Part shown: one piece after another, positions 41,711-54,230 of the stretch
How the letters are laid out: each line of letters opens with the position of its first letter
Position numbering within the stretch: position 1 is the stretch's first letter
Source: Camelus dromedarius
Taxonomy: Eukaryota
Assembly: GCF_036321535.1 (NCBI RefSeq)
Contig: NC_087437.1
Location: forward strand, 81,346,001 to 81,410,000
Direction of reading: 5' to 3'
Length of the DNA: 64,000 nt
The notes under the pieces: generated by a model
The model's input: the letters and a program-made list of their open reading frames with translations, nothing else
The model's database searches: none
Told to the model about the DNA's origin: nothing
Made by a program: the position numbers and the translations under genes

Positions 41711-42933
41711 TGGAAGATAATTTGTTAAACAATTAAATTGTAACCTGATCTTCACTGTCACCAAGCCAATTTAAGAACCATGAGCTATCAGCCAAAATTT
41801 AGAAATACAAATTTGGTTGACTTCTGTGGCCAAACTGATACTGTTTTGTATACAGGAAATATAATCTAATTTGCAATTAGGCTAACAAGACTGTACCACA
41901 GTTTTCCTGCATTGCTAATAAAACATAGGTTTGAAAGGTTATCAGTGATATCTTTTTCCCATATTTCCCCTCAACATGGGCTCTAATTTATATAGGAAAA
42001 ATGAGACTCTTGACTGGTAAAGTACACATTTAAGATTACGTTCCTGCTAATGATGGTTGTTTTCACCCATCTGTTCATTCAAATGGATCTATTTGGTGTC
42101 CAACAAAGGTCACAGATGTGCTTATAGTAAGTCTACTTGACATAAGAAGAGTCTGTACAATTAAGCCTGAATTCATAGAACTGTGTTCTAACCAATCCAT
42201 GCTGTGGGAGATGGAGGTGGGGAGGGGGATGTACATGTTTAACAGTTTCTCTCCTCTGTCTCTCCAACTGAAAGGTCTTTCTGTTTATCAGGGATGACCA
42301 TGAAAATGCCTACTGGAGGTCAGAAAGGTTACAGACAGGAGAGAAGCAGTCGACATGAAAACTGACAAACCAGAGACCACACACCCCATCTTGATGGGAA
42401 ATATGGACCCAATGTTGCCAGATTGTCCAATTTTTTTCAAGAGGAAATATAATTTTAAGTGAAATCTCCCAAAGTTTATGTTTGCAACACATTTTTTAAA
42501 ATGTAAAGCTATTATGTGATTCAAGTAACACATGTAAAATATAACCCAGTTTCTAGTTCATAAAGTGAAAATACAGTTACCAGCATCCCCTCACAATTCT
42601 CTTATATTTTTAATTATTCAACTCTGAGTTCCTGAATATTTGGGGTGGGGGGAGAAATTTTTTCTTGATGTCTTTGGATTTAGTTTTCAGTTGGGCTCAT
42701 ATAGCACAGAAGCATGTTATGTAATGCAACAGACCCACACTGTAGTCCTGATGTTGGAAGATGAGAAGATCCACTTCCCGAGACAAGTTTAAGAGAAAAT
42801 CTGTCCTAAAAACCACATATCCCTGCCATTGCCCCAGGGTCTGAAACTCTTCTAGGAGTGGGGATGTGTTACTGTGCTTACTATGTCATAGCTGAGTCAC
42901 GCCTGCCAGCTTCTCATTCACTGGGAATCTTAC

Positions 42934-43089
42934 CTCGTCAGATTCTGGTTATTCTTCCACAGCACTTTGACTAAGATGATAATAAATATTACTACATTGC
43001 TGATGAGGATAATGGTCACAGGTACGATGAATGACCACAACAACGGACTTGTTATAAAACCATTGCCTTCTTCAACTGCCAGCCAGCAG
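42934..43089 (-). CDS. ADGRG7: ADGRG7 exon about 14 (156 nt): ECL2-TM5, CWLAVEEGNGFITSPLLWSFIVPVTIILISNVVIFIIILVKVLWKNNQNLT
   Basis: Translated by hand. Family-B/adhesion CWL motif, acceptor ctccttag|C, donor AG|gtaaga. Confidence 0.95.
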
Positions 43090-43929
43090 CTAAGGAGAGA
43101 AAAAGAAATGATTTCAGCAGACTATAAAAGGTACACAAACTCTTCTCTATGGTGTTAACACTACTGACATCCACTCGACTGAAAGACATGCTGAAAGTCA
43201 ATATCCCTTCACCTTCTATATATTTGAGATGATTTTCAAGAATTTAACCCACTAGAAAAATAAAATGCATTGGTTTTGCACTATTTCTCTATGAGACAGT
43301 ATTGACTAGTGAAAATTAAGTGGCTTTTGAGTCAGGCAGTCTTAAATTTAAATGTCACTCTCTGTCACTTACTAGGTGTCTGACTTTAGGCAAGTTATTG
43401 TTTTATTTTTGAATATGTAGCATACCCAGATGGCTCAACATTTTAAAGGTACAAATCATCATAGAGAGACAACACCCCCTCCTACAACTATCCCTAGTCA
43501 CCCAGTTGTTTTTTTTTTTTTTAATCTCAGTGGTAATCAATGTTTCCTGTGTATTCTTTCAGAATTAGGCTATGCATGCATCAGCAAAAGTGTATCTTTT
43601 CCTGATTTTTAAGCAAATGATAACATATAATACTTCTATATCTTACTTAACAAAATATCTTAGAATCATTCCATATCAGAATATAAAGACTGTCCTCATT
43701 ATTTTTCACAGCTGCGTATTATTCCATTATTTTATTATACTGTAAATTATTTAAATAGTCTCTTATTAATGGGCATTTTTAAAGTTTAATGTTTTAAAAA
43801 CATTTGAATAGTTCTTTAACCTCACCACATCTGTTTTTGCTTTTTTGTTATTGGTGGTGGTGGTTTTTGTGGGGGGCAGTTTCTCATCTGTGAGGTGTAG
43901 TAATCATCTCCTGGCCTTGATGTAAGAAT

Positions 43930-44855
43930 AAATCCATTCATTTAATAAGTATTTACAGAGTACATGCTATGGGCCAGACATTGTTCTCTATACCCAAACA
44001 TTAATAATGAATGAAAAACCAAAAATCTTTTCTTTAGTGAATTTCTTCTAGTGCAGAGAAATAGATAAAACTAACAAATTAATAAAATATATACTATATC
44101 AGATGGGAGCAAGTGCTGTGGAGAAAAATAAGGCAGATAATAATAAGGGTAGGCATTACTATGGATCTGTATATGTGTGTCTGTGTGTCTGGGTGTGTGC
44201 ACAGGGGAGCAGGGGAGGGAGTGTTTCATTTTAAATAGAGTGGTCAGGAAAACCCTTATGGAAAAAAGTAATATTTGAATAAAGATCTGAAGTAGATGAG
44301 GGGGAAGGGTGTTTTAGGCAGAGGGAACAGCAAGTGCAAAGGCTCTAGGTTGAGAGCTTAAGAAGCAGCAAAGAGGCTAGTGTTATTAGAACAGAGTATG
44401 TAAGTAGATAAGATTAGTGAAAAGATGCAAATTACGTCAGGGCTTTACAGGTGATTGCATGTACTCTCGGCGAGAAGGAGAAACTTGACATGATCTGTCT
44501 TTAGTCTAAAAGTGTTACTCTAGCTAGATGTAGGGATAAGAGAAGAGCATGAACAAAAGCAGGAAATCAGCTAGGAGTCTACTGCCATGATCTGGTGGCT
44601 TCGACCAGGAGAGGAGATGCTGAGAAACAGTCTGATTCCAGGTGTATTTAAAAGTAAAGCAAAGGGATTTATTGATGGGTTAGATGTGAGAGACAGGAGA
44701 ATGAAGGGTGACTCCAAAGTCTGTGGCCTGAGTACCCGGAAGGATGGAACCACCATCAGCTGAGCTGGGGCAGACGACAGGAAGAGAAGATGTGGGAAGG
44801 CAGACCAGGGGATGTCCTACTGCACAGCCAAGCGGAGGTGTCAGGTAGGCATTTG
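43930..44855 (-). mobile_element. L2 LINE fragment
   Basis: cattcatttaataagtatttacagag..gggccagacattgttct, ggcagagggaacagcaagtgcaaaggc, gatgggttagatgtg. Confidence 0.8.
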
Positions 44856-45285
44856 GGTCTTAACAAAATAATGTGAGAAGCCCTGGCACATATTTAGCGA
44901 TCAATTAATGTATGTTTTCTTTCCCCTGCAGGTAAAACACCATTATTATTCATGCCAAAGGATTTCTAAATTGTTTTATATTGCAATGTTGGTATAATTT
45001 AAATTATCATAAATCTATTCTAATCTGAATGATCTAGAAGGAAACCGAGAAGATGTTCAGGTCTCTGTAATGAATTCAAAAAATGAAAAGGAGTGCCGCC
45101 AACCTATTAATGGACAGAACAGGTCCATCCTTAAATAAAATGGTGAGAGAGAGCAAAGTTTATCTCCAGGATTTCTGCTTCCCTGTCCTTTCATCTGAGG
45201 ACAATTCTCCTGCCATCCTCAGTCTCACAATTCCCCAGAAGAAATAGGAAGGCACTTGGCTAAGACTTTTAAAAAATCCTGCTGA

Positions 45286-48200
45286 AGGTGTTGCAGTACT
45301 GATTTCAGACAAAATAGACTTTAAAACAAAGGCCATAAAGAAAGATAAAGAAGGACATTTTATAATGATTAAAGGAGGGATACAAGATGAGGATATTACA
45401 CTCGTTAATATATATGCACCCAATATAGGAGCACCTAAGTACATACAAGAATTACTAACAGAGATAAAGGGGGATATTGATGGGAATACAATCATAGTTG
45501 GAGATTTTAACACTGCATTAACTTCACTAGACAGATCTTCCAGACAGAAAATAAACAAGGCAACAGAGAAATTAAATACTACAATAGAAAAACTAGATTT
45601 GGTGGATATTTTCAGAGCATTACACCCCCAAAAAATAGGATATACATTCTTTTCAAGTGCACATGGAACATTTTCCAGGATCGATCATGTACTTGGGCAC
45701 AAAAGAAACCTCAACAATTTTAAGAAGATAGAAATTATCTCAAGCATCTTTACTGACCACAATGCCATGAAACTGGAAATCAACAACAGAGAAACAAAGG
45801 AGAAAAAAAGGAAAGCATGGAGATTAAACAATATGTTATTGAAAAAACAATGGATCAATGAGGAAATCAAAGCTGAAATTAAAAAATACCTTGAGACAAA
45901 TGATAATGAAAGCACAACCACTCAAAACCTATGGGACACAGCAAAGGCAGTGCTAAGAGGGAAGTTTATAGTGATACAGGCCTTCCTCAAAAAAGAAGAA
46001 CAATCTCAAATAAACAATTTAACCCACCACCTGAATGAATTAGAAAAAGAAGAACAAAAAGCCCCAAAAAGCAGCAGAAGGAAGGAAATAATAAAGATCA
46101 GAGAGGAATTAAATACAATAGAGATTAACAAGACCATAGAAAAAATCAACCAAACCAAAAGCTGGTTTTTTGAAAAAGTAAATAAAATCGACAAACCTCT
46201 GGCCAAACTCACAAAGAAGAAAAAAGAGAGAGCACAAATTAGCAAAATAAGAAAGGAAAATGGAGAAATTACAACAAACAAAATAGAAATACAGAATATC
46301 ATACGAGAATATTATGAAAAACTATATGGAACCAAACTGGATAACCTAGAGGAGATGGACAAGTTTCTGGAAACATACTGTCCACCAAAACCGAATCAAG
46401 AAGAATCTGAACGCTTGAACAATCCGATCACTAGAAAGGAAATAGAAATAGCAATTAAAAACCTCCCTACAAATAAAAGTCCAGGACCGGACGGCTTCAC
46501 CGGGGAATTCTACCAAACATACAAAGAAGAACTCATACCAGTCTTTCTCAAACTCTTCCAGACGATTGAAAAGGAGGGAATACTCCCAAACTCATTCTAT
46601 GAAGCCACCATCACCCTGATACCAAAACCAGGCAAAGACACTACAAAAAAAGAGAATTATAGGCCAATATCACTGATGAACATAGACGCCAAAATCCTCA
46701 CCAAAATTTTAGCAAATAGAATCCAACAACACATAAAAAAGATGATACATCATGACCAAGTGGGGTTCATCCCAGGGACACAAGGCTGGTTCAACATACG
46801 CAAATCAATCAGTGTAATACATCACATCAACAAGAGAAAGGACAAAAACCACATGATCATCTCAATCGATGCAGAAAAAGCATTTGATAAAATTCAACAC
46901 CCATTTATGATAAAAACTCTCGCCAAAGTGGGTATAGAGGGAACATATCTCAACATAATAAAAGCTATATATGACAAAACTACAGCCAGCATAGTACTCA
47001 ACGGTGAAAAACTCAAAAGCTTCCCACTAAAATCTGGGACAAGACAAGGATGCCCACTATCACCTCTCCTATTCAACATAGTCCTGGAAGTCCTAGCCAC
47101 AGCAGTCAGGCAAGAGAAAGAAATAAAAGGGATCCAAATTGGAAAAGAAGAGGTAAAAGTGTCATTATATGCTGATGACATGTTACTATATATAGAAAAC
47201 CCTAAAAGGTCCACACAAAAGCTACTAGAGCTGATTGAAGAATTCAGCAAGGTAGCAGGTTACAAAATTAACGTTCAAAAATCAGTTGCATTTCTTTACA
47301 CTAACGATAAATCAACAGAAGAAGAAAGTAAAGAAACAATCCCCTTTAAAATAGCACCCAAAGTAATAAAATATCTGGGAATAAATCTAACCAAGGAGGT
47401 GAAAGAATTATACACAGAAAACTATAAACCATTGATGAAGGAAATTAAAGAAGACTTTAAAAAATGGAAAGATATTCCATGCTCTTGGATTGGAAGAATC
47501 AATATTGTTAAAATGGTCACACTGCCCAAGGCAATCTACAGATTTAATGCAATCCCTATCCAATTACCCAGGACATATTTCACAGAACTAGAAAAAATCA
47601 TAATAAAATTCATATGGAACCATCAAAGACCTAGAATTGCCAAAGCATTACTGAAGAGAAAGAAAGAGGCTGGAGGAATAACTCTCCCAGACTTCAGACA
47701 ATACTATAGAGCTACAGTCATCAAGACAGCATGGTATTGGTACCAAAACAGACATATAGACCAATGGAACAGAATAGAGAGCCCAGAAATGAACCCACAA
47801 ACTTTTGGTCAACTCATCTTTGACAAAGGAGGCAAGAATATACATTGGAATAAAGACAGTCTCTTCAGCAAATGGTGTTGGGAAAACTGGACAGCAGCAT
47901 GTAAAACAATGAAGCTAGAACACTCCCTTACACCATATACAAAAATCAACTCAAAATGGATTAAAGACTTAAACATAAGACAAGATACAATAAACCTCCT
48001 AGAGGAAAACATAGGCAAAACATTATCTGACATACATTTAAAAAATCATCTCCTAGAAGAAATAAAAGCAAGAATAAACAAATGGGACCTAATGAAACTT
48101 ACAAGCTTCTGCACAGCAAAGGAAACCAGAAGTAAAACAAGAAGAAAACCTACGGAATGGGAGAAAATTTTTGCAAGTGAAACCGACAAAGGCTTGATCT

Positions 48201-49185
48201 CCAGAATATATAAGCAGCTCATACGACTCAATAAGAAAAAAATAAACAACCCAATCCAAAAATGGGCAGAAGACCTAAACAAGCAATTCTCCAAGGAAGA
48301 CATACAAATGATCAAAAAGCACATGAAAAAATGCTCAATATCACTAATTATCAGAGAAATGCAAATCAAAACTACAATGAGGTATCACCTCACACCAGTC
48401 AGAATGGCCGTCATTCAAAAATCCACAAATGACAAATGCTGGAGAGGCTGTGGGGAAAGGGGAACCCTCCTACATTGCTGGTGGGAATGCAGTTTGGTGC
48501 AGCCACTATGGAAAACAGTGTGGAGATTCCTCAAAAGACTAGGAATAGACTTACCATATGACCCAGGAATCCCACTCCTGGGCTTGTATCCAGAAGGAAA
48601 TCTACTTCAGGATGACACCTGCACCCCAATGTTCATAGCAGCACTATTTACAATAGCCAAAACATGGAAACAGCCTAAATGTCCATCAACAGGTGACTGG
48701 ATAAAGAAGAGGTGGTATATTTATACAATGGAATACTACTCAGCCATAAAAACCGACAACATAATGCCATTTGCAGCAACATGGATGCTCCTGGAGAATG
48801 TCATTCTAAGTGAAGTAAGCCAGAAAGAGAAAGAAAAATACCATATGAGATCGCTCATATGTGGAATCTAAAAAACAAAAACAAAAACAAACAAACAAAC
48901 CAACCAAAGCATAAATAAAGGACAGAAATAGACTCACAGACAGAGAATACAGACTTGTGGTTACCAGGGGGGTGGAGGGTGGGAGGGGATAGACTGGGAT
49001 TTCAAAATTGTAGAATAGACTACACTGTATAGCACAAGGAAATATACACAAAATGTTATGATAATTCACAGAGAAAAAAATGTGACAATGAGTGTGTATA
49101 TGTCCATGAATAACTGAAAAATTGTGCTGAACACTGGAATTTGACACAACATTGTAAAATGATTATAAATCAATAAAAATGTTAA
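45286..49185 (+). mobile_element. Young 5'-truncated LINE-1 (about 3.9 kb) with uninterrupted ORF2 frame, 3' UTR and 15-bp TSD, antisense in an ADGRG7 intron
   Basis: TSD AAAAAATCCTGCTGA at 45271-45285 and 49186-49200. Insertion site TTTT/AAAA. G-rich 3'UTR tract at about 48967-48988, AATAAA at 49172. Confidence 0.98.
45287..48871 (+). CDS. L1 ORF2 reading frame (N-terminally truncated endonuclease, reverse transcriptase, Cys-rich C-terminus); 1194 open codons, first ATG at 45365
   Basis: Motifs GDFN, SRIDH, TDHN (endonuclease); SPGPDG, YRPISL, QGCPLSP, YADD, YLG (RT); [18 protein letters not shown]. No ORF1 or 5'UTR, so non-autonomous and probably not expressed. Confidence 0.95.
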   Translation, partial: GVAVLISDKIDFKTKAIKKDKEGHFIMIKGGIQDEDITLVNIYAPNIGAPKYIQELLTEIKGDIDGNTIIVGDFNTALTSLDRSSRQKINKATEKLNTTIEKLDLVDIFRALHPQKIGYTFFSSAHGTFSRIDHVLGHKRNLNNFKKIEIISSIFTDHNAMKLEINNRETKEKKRKAWRLNNMLLKKQWINEEIKAEIKKYLETNDNESTTTQNLWDTAKAVLRGKFIVIQAFLKKEEQSQINNLTHHLNELEKEEQKAPKSSRRKEIIKIREELNTIEINKTIEKINQTKSWFFEKVNKIDKPLAKLTKKKKERAQISKIRKENGEITTNKIEIQNIIREYYEKLYGTKLDNLEEMDKFLETYCPPKPNQEESERLNNPITRKEIEIAIKNLPTNKSPGPDGFTGEFYQTYKEELIPVFLKLFQTIEKEGILPNSFYEATITLIPKPGKDTTKKENYRPISLMNIDAKILTKILANRIQQHIKKMIHHDQVGFIPGTQGWFNIRKSISVIHHINKRKDKNHMIISIDAEKAFDKIQHPFMIKTLAKVGIEGTYLNIIKAIYDKTTASIVLNGEKLKSFPLKSGTRQGCPLSPLLFNIVLEVLATAVRQEKEIKGIQIGKEEVKVSLYADDMLLYIENPKRSTQKLLELIEEFSKVAGYKINVQKSVAFLYTNDKSTEEESKETIPFKIAPKVIKYLGINLTKEVKELYTENYKPLMKEIKEDFKKWKDIPCSWIGRINIVKMVTLPKAIYRFNAIPIQLPRTYFTELEKIIIKFIWNHQRPRIAKALLKRKKEAGGITLPDFRQYYRATVIKTAWYWYQNRHIDQWNRIESPEMNPQTFGQLIFDKGGKNIHWNKDSLFSKWCWENWTAACKTMKLEHSLTPYTKINSKWIKDLNIRQDTINLLEENIGKTLSDIHLKNHLLEEIKARINKWDLMKLTSFCTAKETRSKTRRKPTEWEKIFASETDKGLISRIYKQLIRLNKKKINNPIQKWAEDLNKQFSKEDIQMIKKHMKKCSISLIIREMQIKTTMRYHLTPVRMAVIQKSTNDKCWRGCGERGTLLHCWWECSLVQPLWKTVWRFLKRLGIDLPYDPGIPLLGLYPEGNLLQDDTCTPMFIAALFTIAKTWKQPKCPSTGDWIKKRWYIYTMEYYSAIKTDNIMPFAATWMLLENVILSEVSQKEKEKYHMRSLICGI

Positions 49186-50967
49186 AAAAAATCCTGCTGA
49201 GAAGTACTTTCAAATCTCTAGAAGCTTCTTTGGTGACTAAGCAAGTGGCCATCAAAGTTTTAAATTAAAAAGATGGACACATTTCTGATCCAGGCAGCCT
49301 AGAGAAATATAGTTTAAAGGGGGAGGAAAAGATAAAGATAATGGACAATCCAACTCTATTGGATAAAGGCAGACTTGCAAATTATGAAATCATTGGACAA
49401 ATATTTATTTTTATCAGTATGAGTCTTGAGTTGCTTAAACTTTAGACAATACACTTTCTGAGAATTAGTATTTGTACTATAGACATGTCTGTGTGTGTAT
49501 GCAGACAAATGTCTGGAAGATTCCTCAGTTACCTCACACAGATGGGGAGACCTGGACGGGAAACAGACCTGGATGTCCCTGGCCATCAGGAGGTGGGCAC
49601 TCGGAAGGGACTCCTCCTCACTTCCTCTATCTTTTGGAGAGACAGCCATGCTGGATTTGTTCTCAAGAGCCTCTCTCTTTGTTATTCTGAATCTAATAAC
49701 CTAGATTTTGAGAAAAAGACTGCTGAGGAGATAGATGGTTCCTACATGGAGATTAACCCTTGTAGAAGTGGGAGTCCTAGAACTGAGATTGGAGAGTCCA
49801 GGTTGAATCCAAAAAAACCGATGGACCTGAGGTCTGGAGAGCATCACAGATGAGAGCCCCAGATGAAGTGGATGAAGTGTTTAACTTCTTGGTGACTTTG
49901 TCAAGAAACGTGGGAAAGACAGCTTTAGCAGACACAGCATACGCTTCTAAAAACTTCTCCCTCATGTATTATAATTTCTCATGGTTACCTCAACCCTTCA
50001 GGCTGGTCAGGAAACAACCTACATAGTGGTACAGAGATCTGAGGGACAGAACAGCAAAGAGGAGTGTGGCCTGCCCTGCAGTCACCCCCTAACTGGGCCC
50101 TTGCAGAGACAGCAGTACATCAAGGGAACTCGGTTAGGGCTTTCAGGTAAGACTGGAAGAACTGGGAGGCATGTGGAGGTGTAGGGAGTATACTGAGGTG
50201 TGACTTCTGGGAGGATAACTCAAGAAAACAAAACAAAACAAAAAAATCCTTCCTCCTTCTAAATATACCCTGAAGAAATGTGACCTTGATGCAAGTGTAT
50301 AGGGTAAAAGGTGGGGGATAAGAGCCCAAGAGGAAGCTGATATTACACATCATTTCTTCTCTTCTCAACTCTTATTATCAGTCACCTAGTGTCCTCCCTA
50401 ACACCTAATACTATACTCAGGAAAAAATCTGCTCTCAATTATTTACAGCTTGATGTGAATAAATTTAAGACAGTGGGCTTCTTTCTCCTGAAGACTTCTA
50501 TAGAAGTTGGTCTAGCCCTGTGGCTAGGTTAGAGCAGGAAATTAATAATAATGCAATTTGAGATGAATGGCCTCTCCCATGAGATATTTGCATCCCACTC
50601 CTGATCTCTAGCTATGGAGTTAAAATTCTGAAACTCATTAAAACGTATTTAACCCCAATTAAACAGAGACAACAATGTCTGGAGTATTTGGCTCCTAAAA
50701 TCAAGCCAGGCAGTTAGCTCTCTATTCTACAGTTGGTCTTGGTCAGCCCTGGAAACAGGTAAGCATCCTGACACCACAACCTTCCCTGGGGTTTTGTTCT
50801 GATTTTAGTTGGTTTGGGACTTAAGGTAAAATCTGGGAATCAGAATGGTTGAAATTATAAAATAAGAAGGGAGGAAAAATTAAAGAGCAGTTGCCATTTG
50901 GTAGCAAAAATACACACATAGTTCAGTCCAGCTTCCTTTTCAGTCTCCCCACATAAAAAGCAAACAC

Positions 50968-51374
50968 TCTAAGTGAAGTAAGCCAGAAAGAGAAAGAAAA
51001 ATACCCTATGAGATCACTCATATGTGGAATTTAAAAAAAAAAAAGAAGAAGAAAAGAACATAAATACAAAACAAAAACAGACTCATAGACATAGAATACA
51101 AACTTGTGGTTGCCAGGGGGAGGGGGGTTGGAAGGGACAGACTGGGAGTTCAAAATTTGTAGGTACTGACAGGCATATGTAGAATAGATAAACAAGATTA
51201 TACTGTAAAGCACAGGGAAATATATACAAGATCTTGTGGTAGCTCACTGTGAAAAAAAATGTGACAATGAATATATGTATGTTCATGTATAACTGAAAAA
51301 TTGTGCTCTACACTGGAATTTGACACAACATTGAAAAATGACTATAACTCAATAAAAAAAAATGTAAAAAAAAA
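50968..51374 (+). mobile_element. Young L1 3' fragment (about 400 bp) with 13-bp TSD
   Basis: Parallels 48805-49185. TSD aaaaagcaaacac at 50955-50967 and 51375-51387, with a poly(A) tail. Confidence 0.92.
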
Positions 51375-51729
51375 AAAAAGCAAACACCATACAGACAGGT
51401 ACTTCCATTACTGACAGTTAATTATTCATGCTGGAGTCACAGGGAGCATTTATGTGTGATAAATCGTCATGAAATATGCATTATAATCATATCAATATAG
51501 GATTGGTTCATAAGCATGGAGAGTGCTCTGCAGGTTATAGAATCTTTTCATACTTGCTTGACCCTTTATAGTCACCACAGAGCAGGTATTACTATTATTG
51601 TTATTCCCAATTTCTAGACGAGAAAACAAAGATAAGGGGTTACTAAGGATCACACGTTTTGTGTACTACGATTTTCAGACTTAATCAAAGAAGACAAAGT
51701 TAATATTAAAAAGTTCAGATATAGAAATT

Positions 51730-51912
51730 TAGAGGCACAGATTTCAAAAGTTTCTGCTGTATAGCACAGGGAACTGTGTTCAATATCTTGTAATAACCTT
51801 TAATGAAAAAGAATATGAAAACAAATATATGTATGTATATGCATGACTGGGGCATTGTACTGTGCACCAGAAATTGACACATTGTAACTGACTGTACTTT
51901 AATTTTAAAAAG
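51730..51912 (+). mobile_element. L1 3' tip
   Basis: ctgtatagcacagggaactgtgttcaatatcttgta...ccagaaattgacacattgtaactgactgtactt. Confidence 0.82.
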
Positions 51913-52126
51913 AAAGTAGTTACTTGCTTTACAAAAGGATTTATCATAGGAAATTTTCATGTCACCATATTTAAAACATAATGTGTTCTTGAAGAATTTA
52001 AAATAGACACATAATACGACAATTACAAAGTGAGATGCAGATGTACAGGGACACTTGGACTCAGTGTCACTGAATAGTTACACTCTTATATCAAAGAAAT
52101 GGATATTTAAAAATATACAAACTTAC

Positions 52127-52223
52127 ATTCTCTCTTGCCGGTATTCCAATTCCCACTGTGAATTATTCTTATTCTGAGAATAAATAATTCCCACTGTCAT
52201 AGCCACCACTATAGCTGGGACTC
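52127..52223 (-). CDS. ADGRG7: ADGRG7 exon about 13 (97 nt): TM4-ECL2, GVPAIVVAMTVGIIYSQNKNNSQWELEYRQER(I)
   Basis: Completes the GWG-VP motif. Acceptor acatag|GA, donor AT|gtaagt, phases 1-2 fit. Confidence 0.95.
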
Positions 52224-52936
52224 CTATGTAACAAAGAGAGGCATAGAATTAATAATTTACCCAAGACTGGGATTAATTATAAAACACCATGAATGAACTA
52301 TACATCTGACCCTTTTCAGGATGTATTGTTCTTTTCACTATCACAGTGTACTAAATGATCCTACAACTGTAGGTCAACAGTGGATGCCGTTTTTCTGTGT
52401 TTTCCTTTCCCTTTTATTAATAGTTATACCTACCAACCCTGTGCTATTTCCAATTTCCTTGTAACTCATACCACAATCTATACTCTTAAATGGCCTAATT
52501 TCTCTTTCACTTGAGTAAATTTAAATTTAGACAATACTAAAATAATTCTCCTTTACTAGAACACAGTACATTTTTCAAATTATTTCTCTTAAACAGTCAC
52601 TCTGATTGTCTTGAAACATTTTTTTGACACATTTCTTTTAAAGTAGCTAGGAAGTTAATTATATGTGACATTTCAAGTCAAATTAATAGAGATGTTAAAG
52701 GAAATGAACAGCCTGAAATTAGCCTGTGACGTATCTAGCAGGGCTGCCTTGATCACATCTGCCTTCTTCACAGAAGACACTCCTTCACTAGGCAGAAGGC
52801 ACTGTTAGTGACTGCTGGATTTTCCATCTTCCCTATTTCAAGTCCTTGTACTATTTATTACACCTTCAATAGGCGTTTAAATTAAATGATTTCCACAAAA
52901 TTAAACTCCTAAGTAAGTGGAGAAGCAAACACTTAC

Positions 52937-53268
52937 CCCATCCAATTAAAGAGATGTAAAGAATGAAATGTTGAGGAAGAGGTTTCATGGTCCTAATTAG
53001 AAGGAAATAGAGCTGCGCAGCACTGATTCCTGTCCAGGTGAATGTCACTAACAGAAAATAGTGCAGCAGGATAGCAATCCCGGTGCACGTGGGATTCGAG
53101 ATGACGACAATGTCCTGTCTGAGCACTTCATTGCTACCAAAGTCAGTATTACTTGTCTTTAAGTTCTTATTAGAGTTTTCAATTCCAAACAAAAAGAGGA
53201 GGTTGAAAATCAACATTGATGTGCACAGACAGACCAACACCCAGGTTACTGAAGTTTTTCTGACTTTT
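52937..53268 (-). CDS. ADGRG7: ADGRG7 exon about 12 (332 nt): ICL1-TM2-ECL1-TM3-TM4, KVRKTSVTWVLVCLC...LLHYFLLVTFTW...LIGWG
   Basis: Adhesion-GPCR TM3 motif LLHYFLL. Acceptor ttttcag|A, donor G|gtaagt. Confidence 0.96.
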
Positions 53269-54087
53269 CTGAAAATAAATAAGCAAATACAATTAAATGA
53301 ATAAACAAAACAATTGCAAAAAAGAAAATAACTCTATTGAAATAGCGAGGGAGCTAAAGAATTTTATCCAATGTAAATCCAACTCATAGCCCAGTGGGCC
53401 AACTGGTAAACCTACTCAGAGATGCATACTCCCCTCTTCTCTGATTTCCACAAAAAAGTGAGTTAGAGAAAGTAGGTTGATATCTCCTTTCTTGAAAGTG
53501 TGTTCTAATCAAAGGTGATAGCTGCTCTCCAGAGATGACCCTCTGTGAACTCCACTTCCCGGTATTTATGTCCTGTGTAGCCCCCTCCCAGGGCTGGCCT
53601 GTGACTTGATGTAACTAACAGAATGCAGCAGAAGGCCTGACAGCCAGGGCCAGCAGACACAGCAGTGTTTAGCATCCACCGTATGTTTGTACTTCTATGG
53701 CCCACAACAAGGTCTTCTAATGTAAAACATACCCAAGGACTGTTCATTCATCTGGAGATAACAATTTCTGGGTGTAGAATCCACTCTTTAAACTCATGAC
53801 ATGTCACAATTCTCTGTATATTATGGTATACAGTCCTGTAATAAAGGAAGTTATAAAATTTCCATTCACTACCATCTAGATCCTTCTGGATTTTTCAGAC
53901 TTCAAGGAATCTTGGAGTATCTATTTTCCCTATTACTGTGCTTAAAGTTCTAACATCTTCAAGTACTTGTCTATTTTCTCATGTCTCAGAACTTGATGAA
54001 CAAGTCTGTTTGCTAAAATTATATAGCCTTTATGATTTTATACCATGACCTTTCTCAGTCTTTGGATTTCCACACTGAATAAAAAGC

Positions 54088-54230
54088 TTATAGCTTAGTG
54101 GTAGAGTGCCTGCTTAGCACGCAGGAGATCCTGGGTTTAATCCCTAGTACCTCTGTTAAAAATAAAAAAACAAACCCTAATTACCTCCCCCCCAAATAAT
54201 TAATTAAAAAAATTTTTTTTTAATTTTTTA
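54088..54230 (+). mobile_element. Vic-1-type tRNA-Ala-derived SINE (5' G-run missing)
   Basis: A box tagcttagtgg, B box ggtttaatcc, 3' motif cctaattacctcccc. Confidence 0.85.

Noticed and set aside
45365..48871. 1168-aa RT/endonuclease ORF as a novel or domesticated gene or a new RT system
   Set aside because: It is colinear with LINE-1 ORF2 and has an L1 3'UTR and TSD. There is an in-frame stop 14 codons upstream of the junction (45245) and no promoter or ORF1. Intactness is best explained by young age.
45160..49147. Hydrophobic minus-strand ORFs
   Set aside because: Antisense shadows of the A-rich L1 ORF2 and 3'UTR.
49356..50184. Cluster of 60-120 aa ORFs after the L1 (possible 3' transduction)
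   Set aside because: They lie outside the 3' TSD, so they were not transduced, and no product is recognisable.
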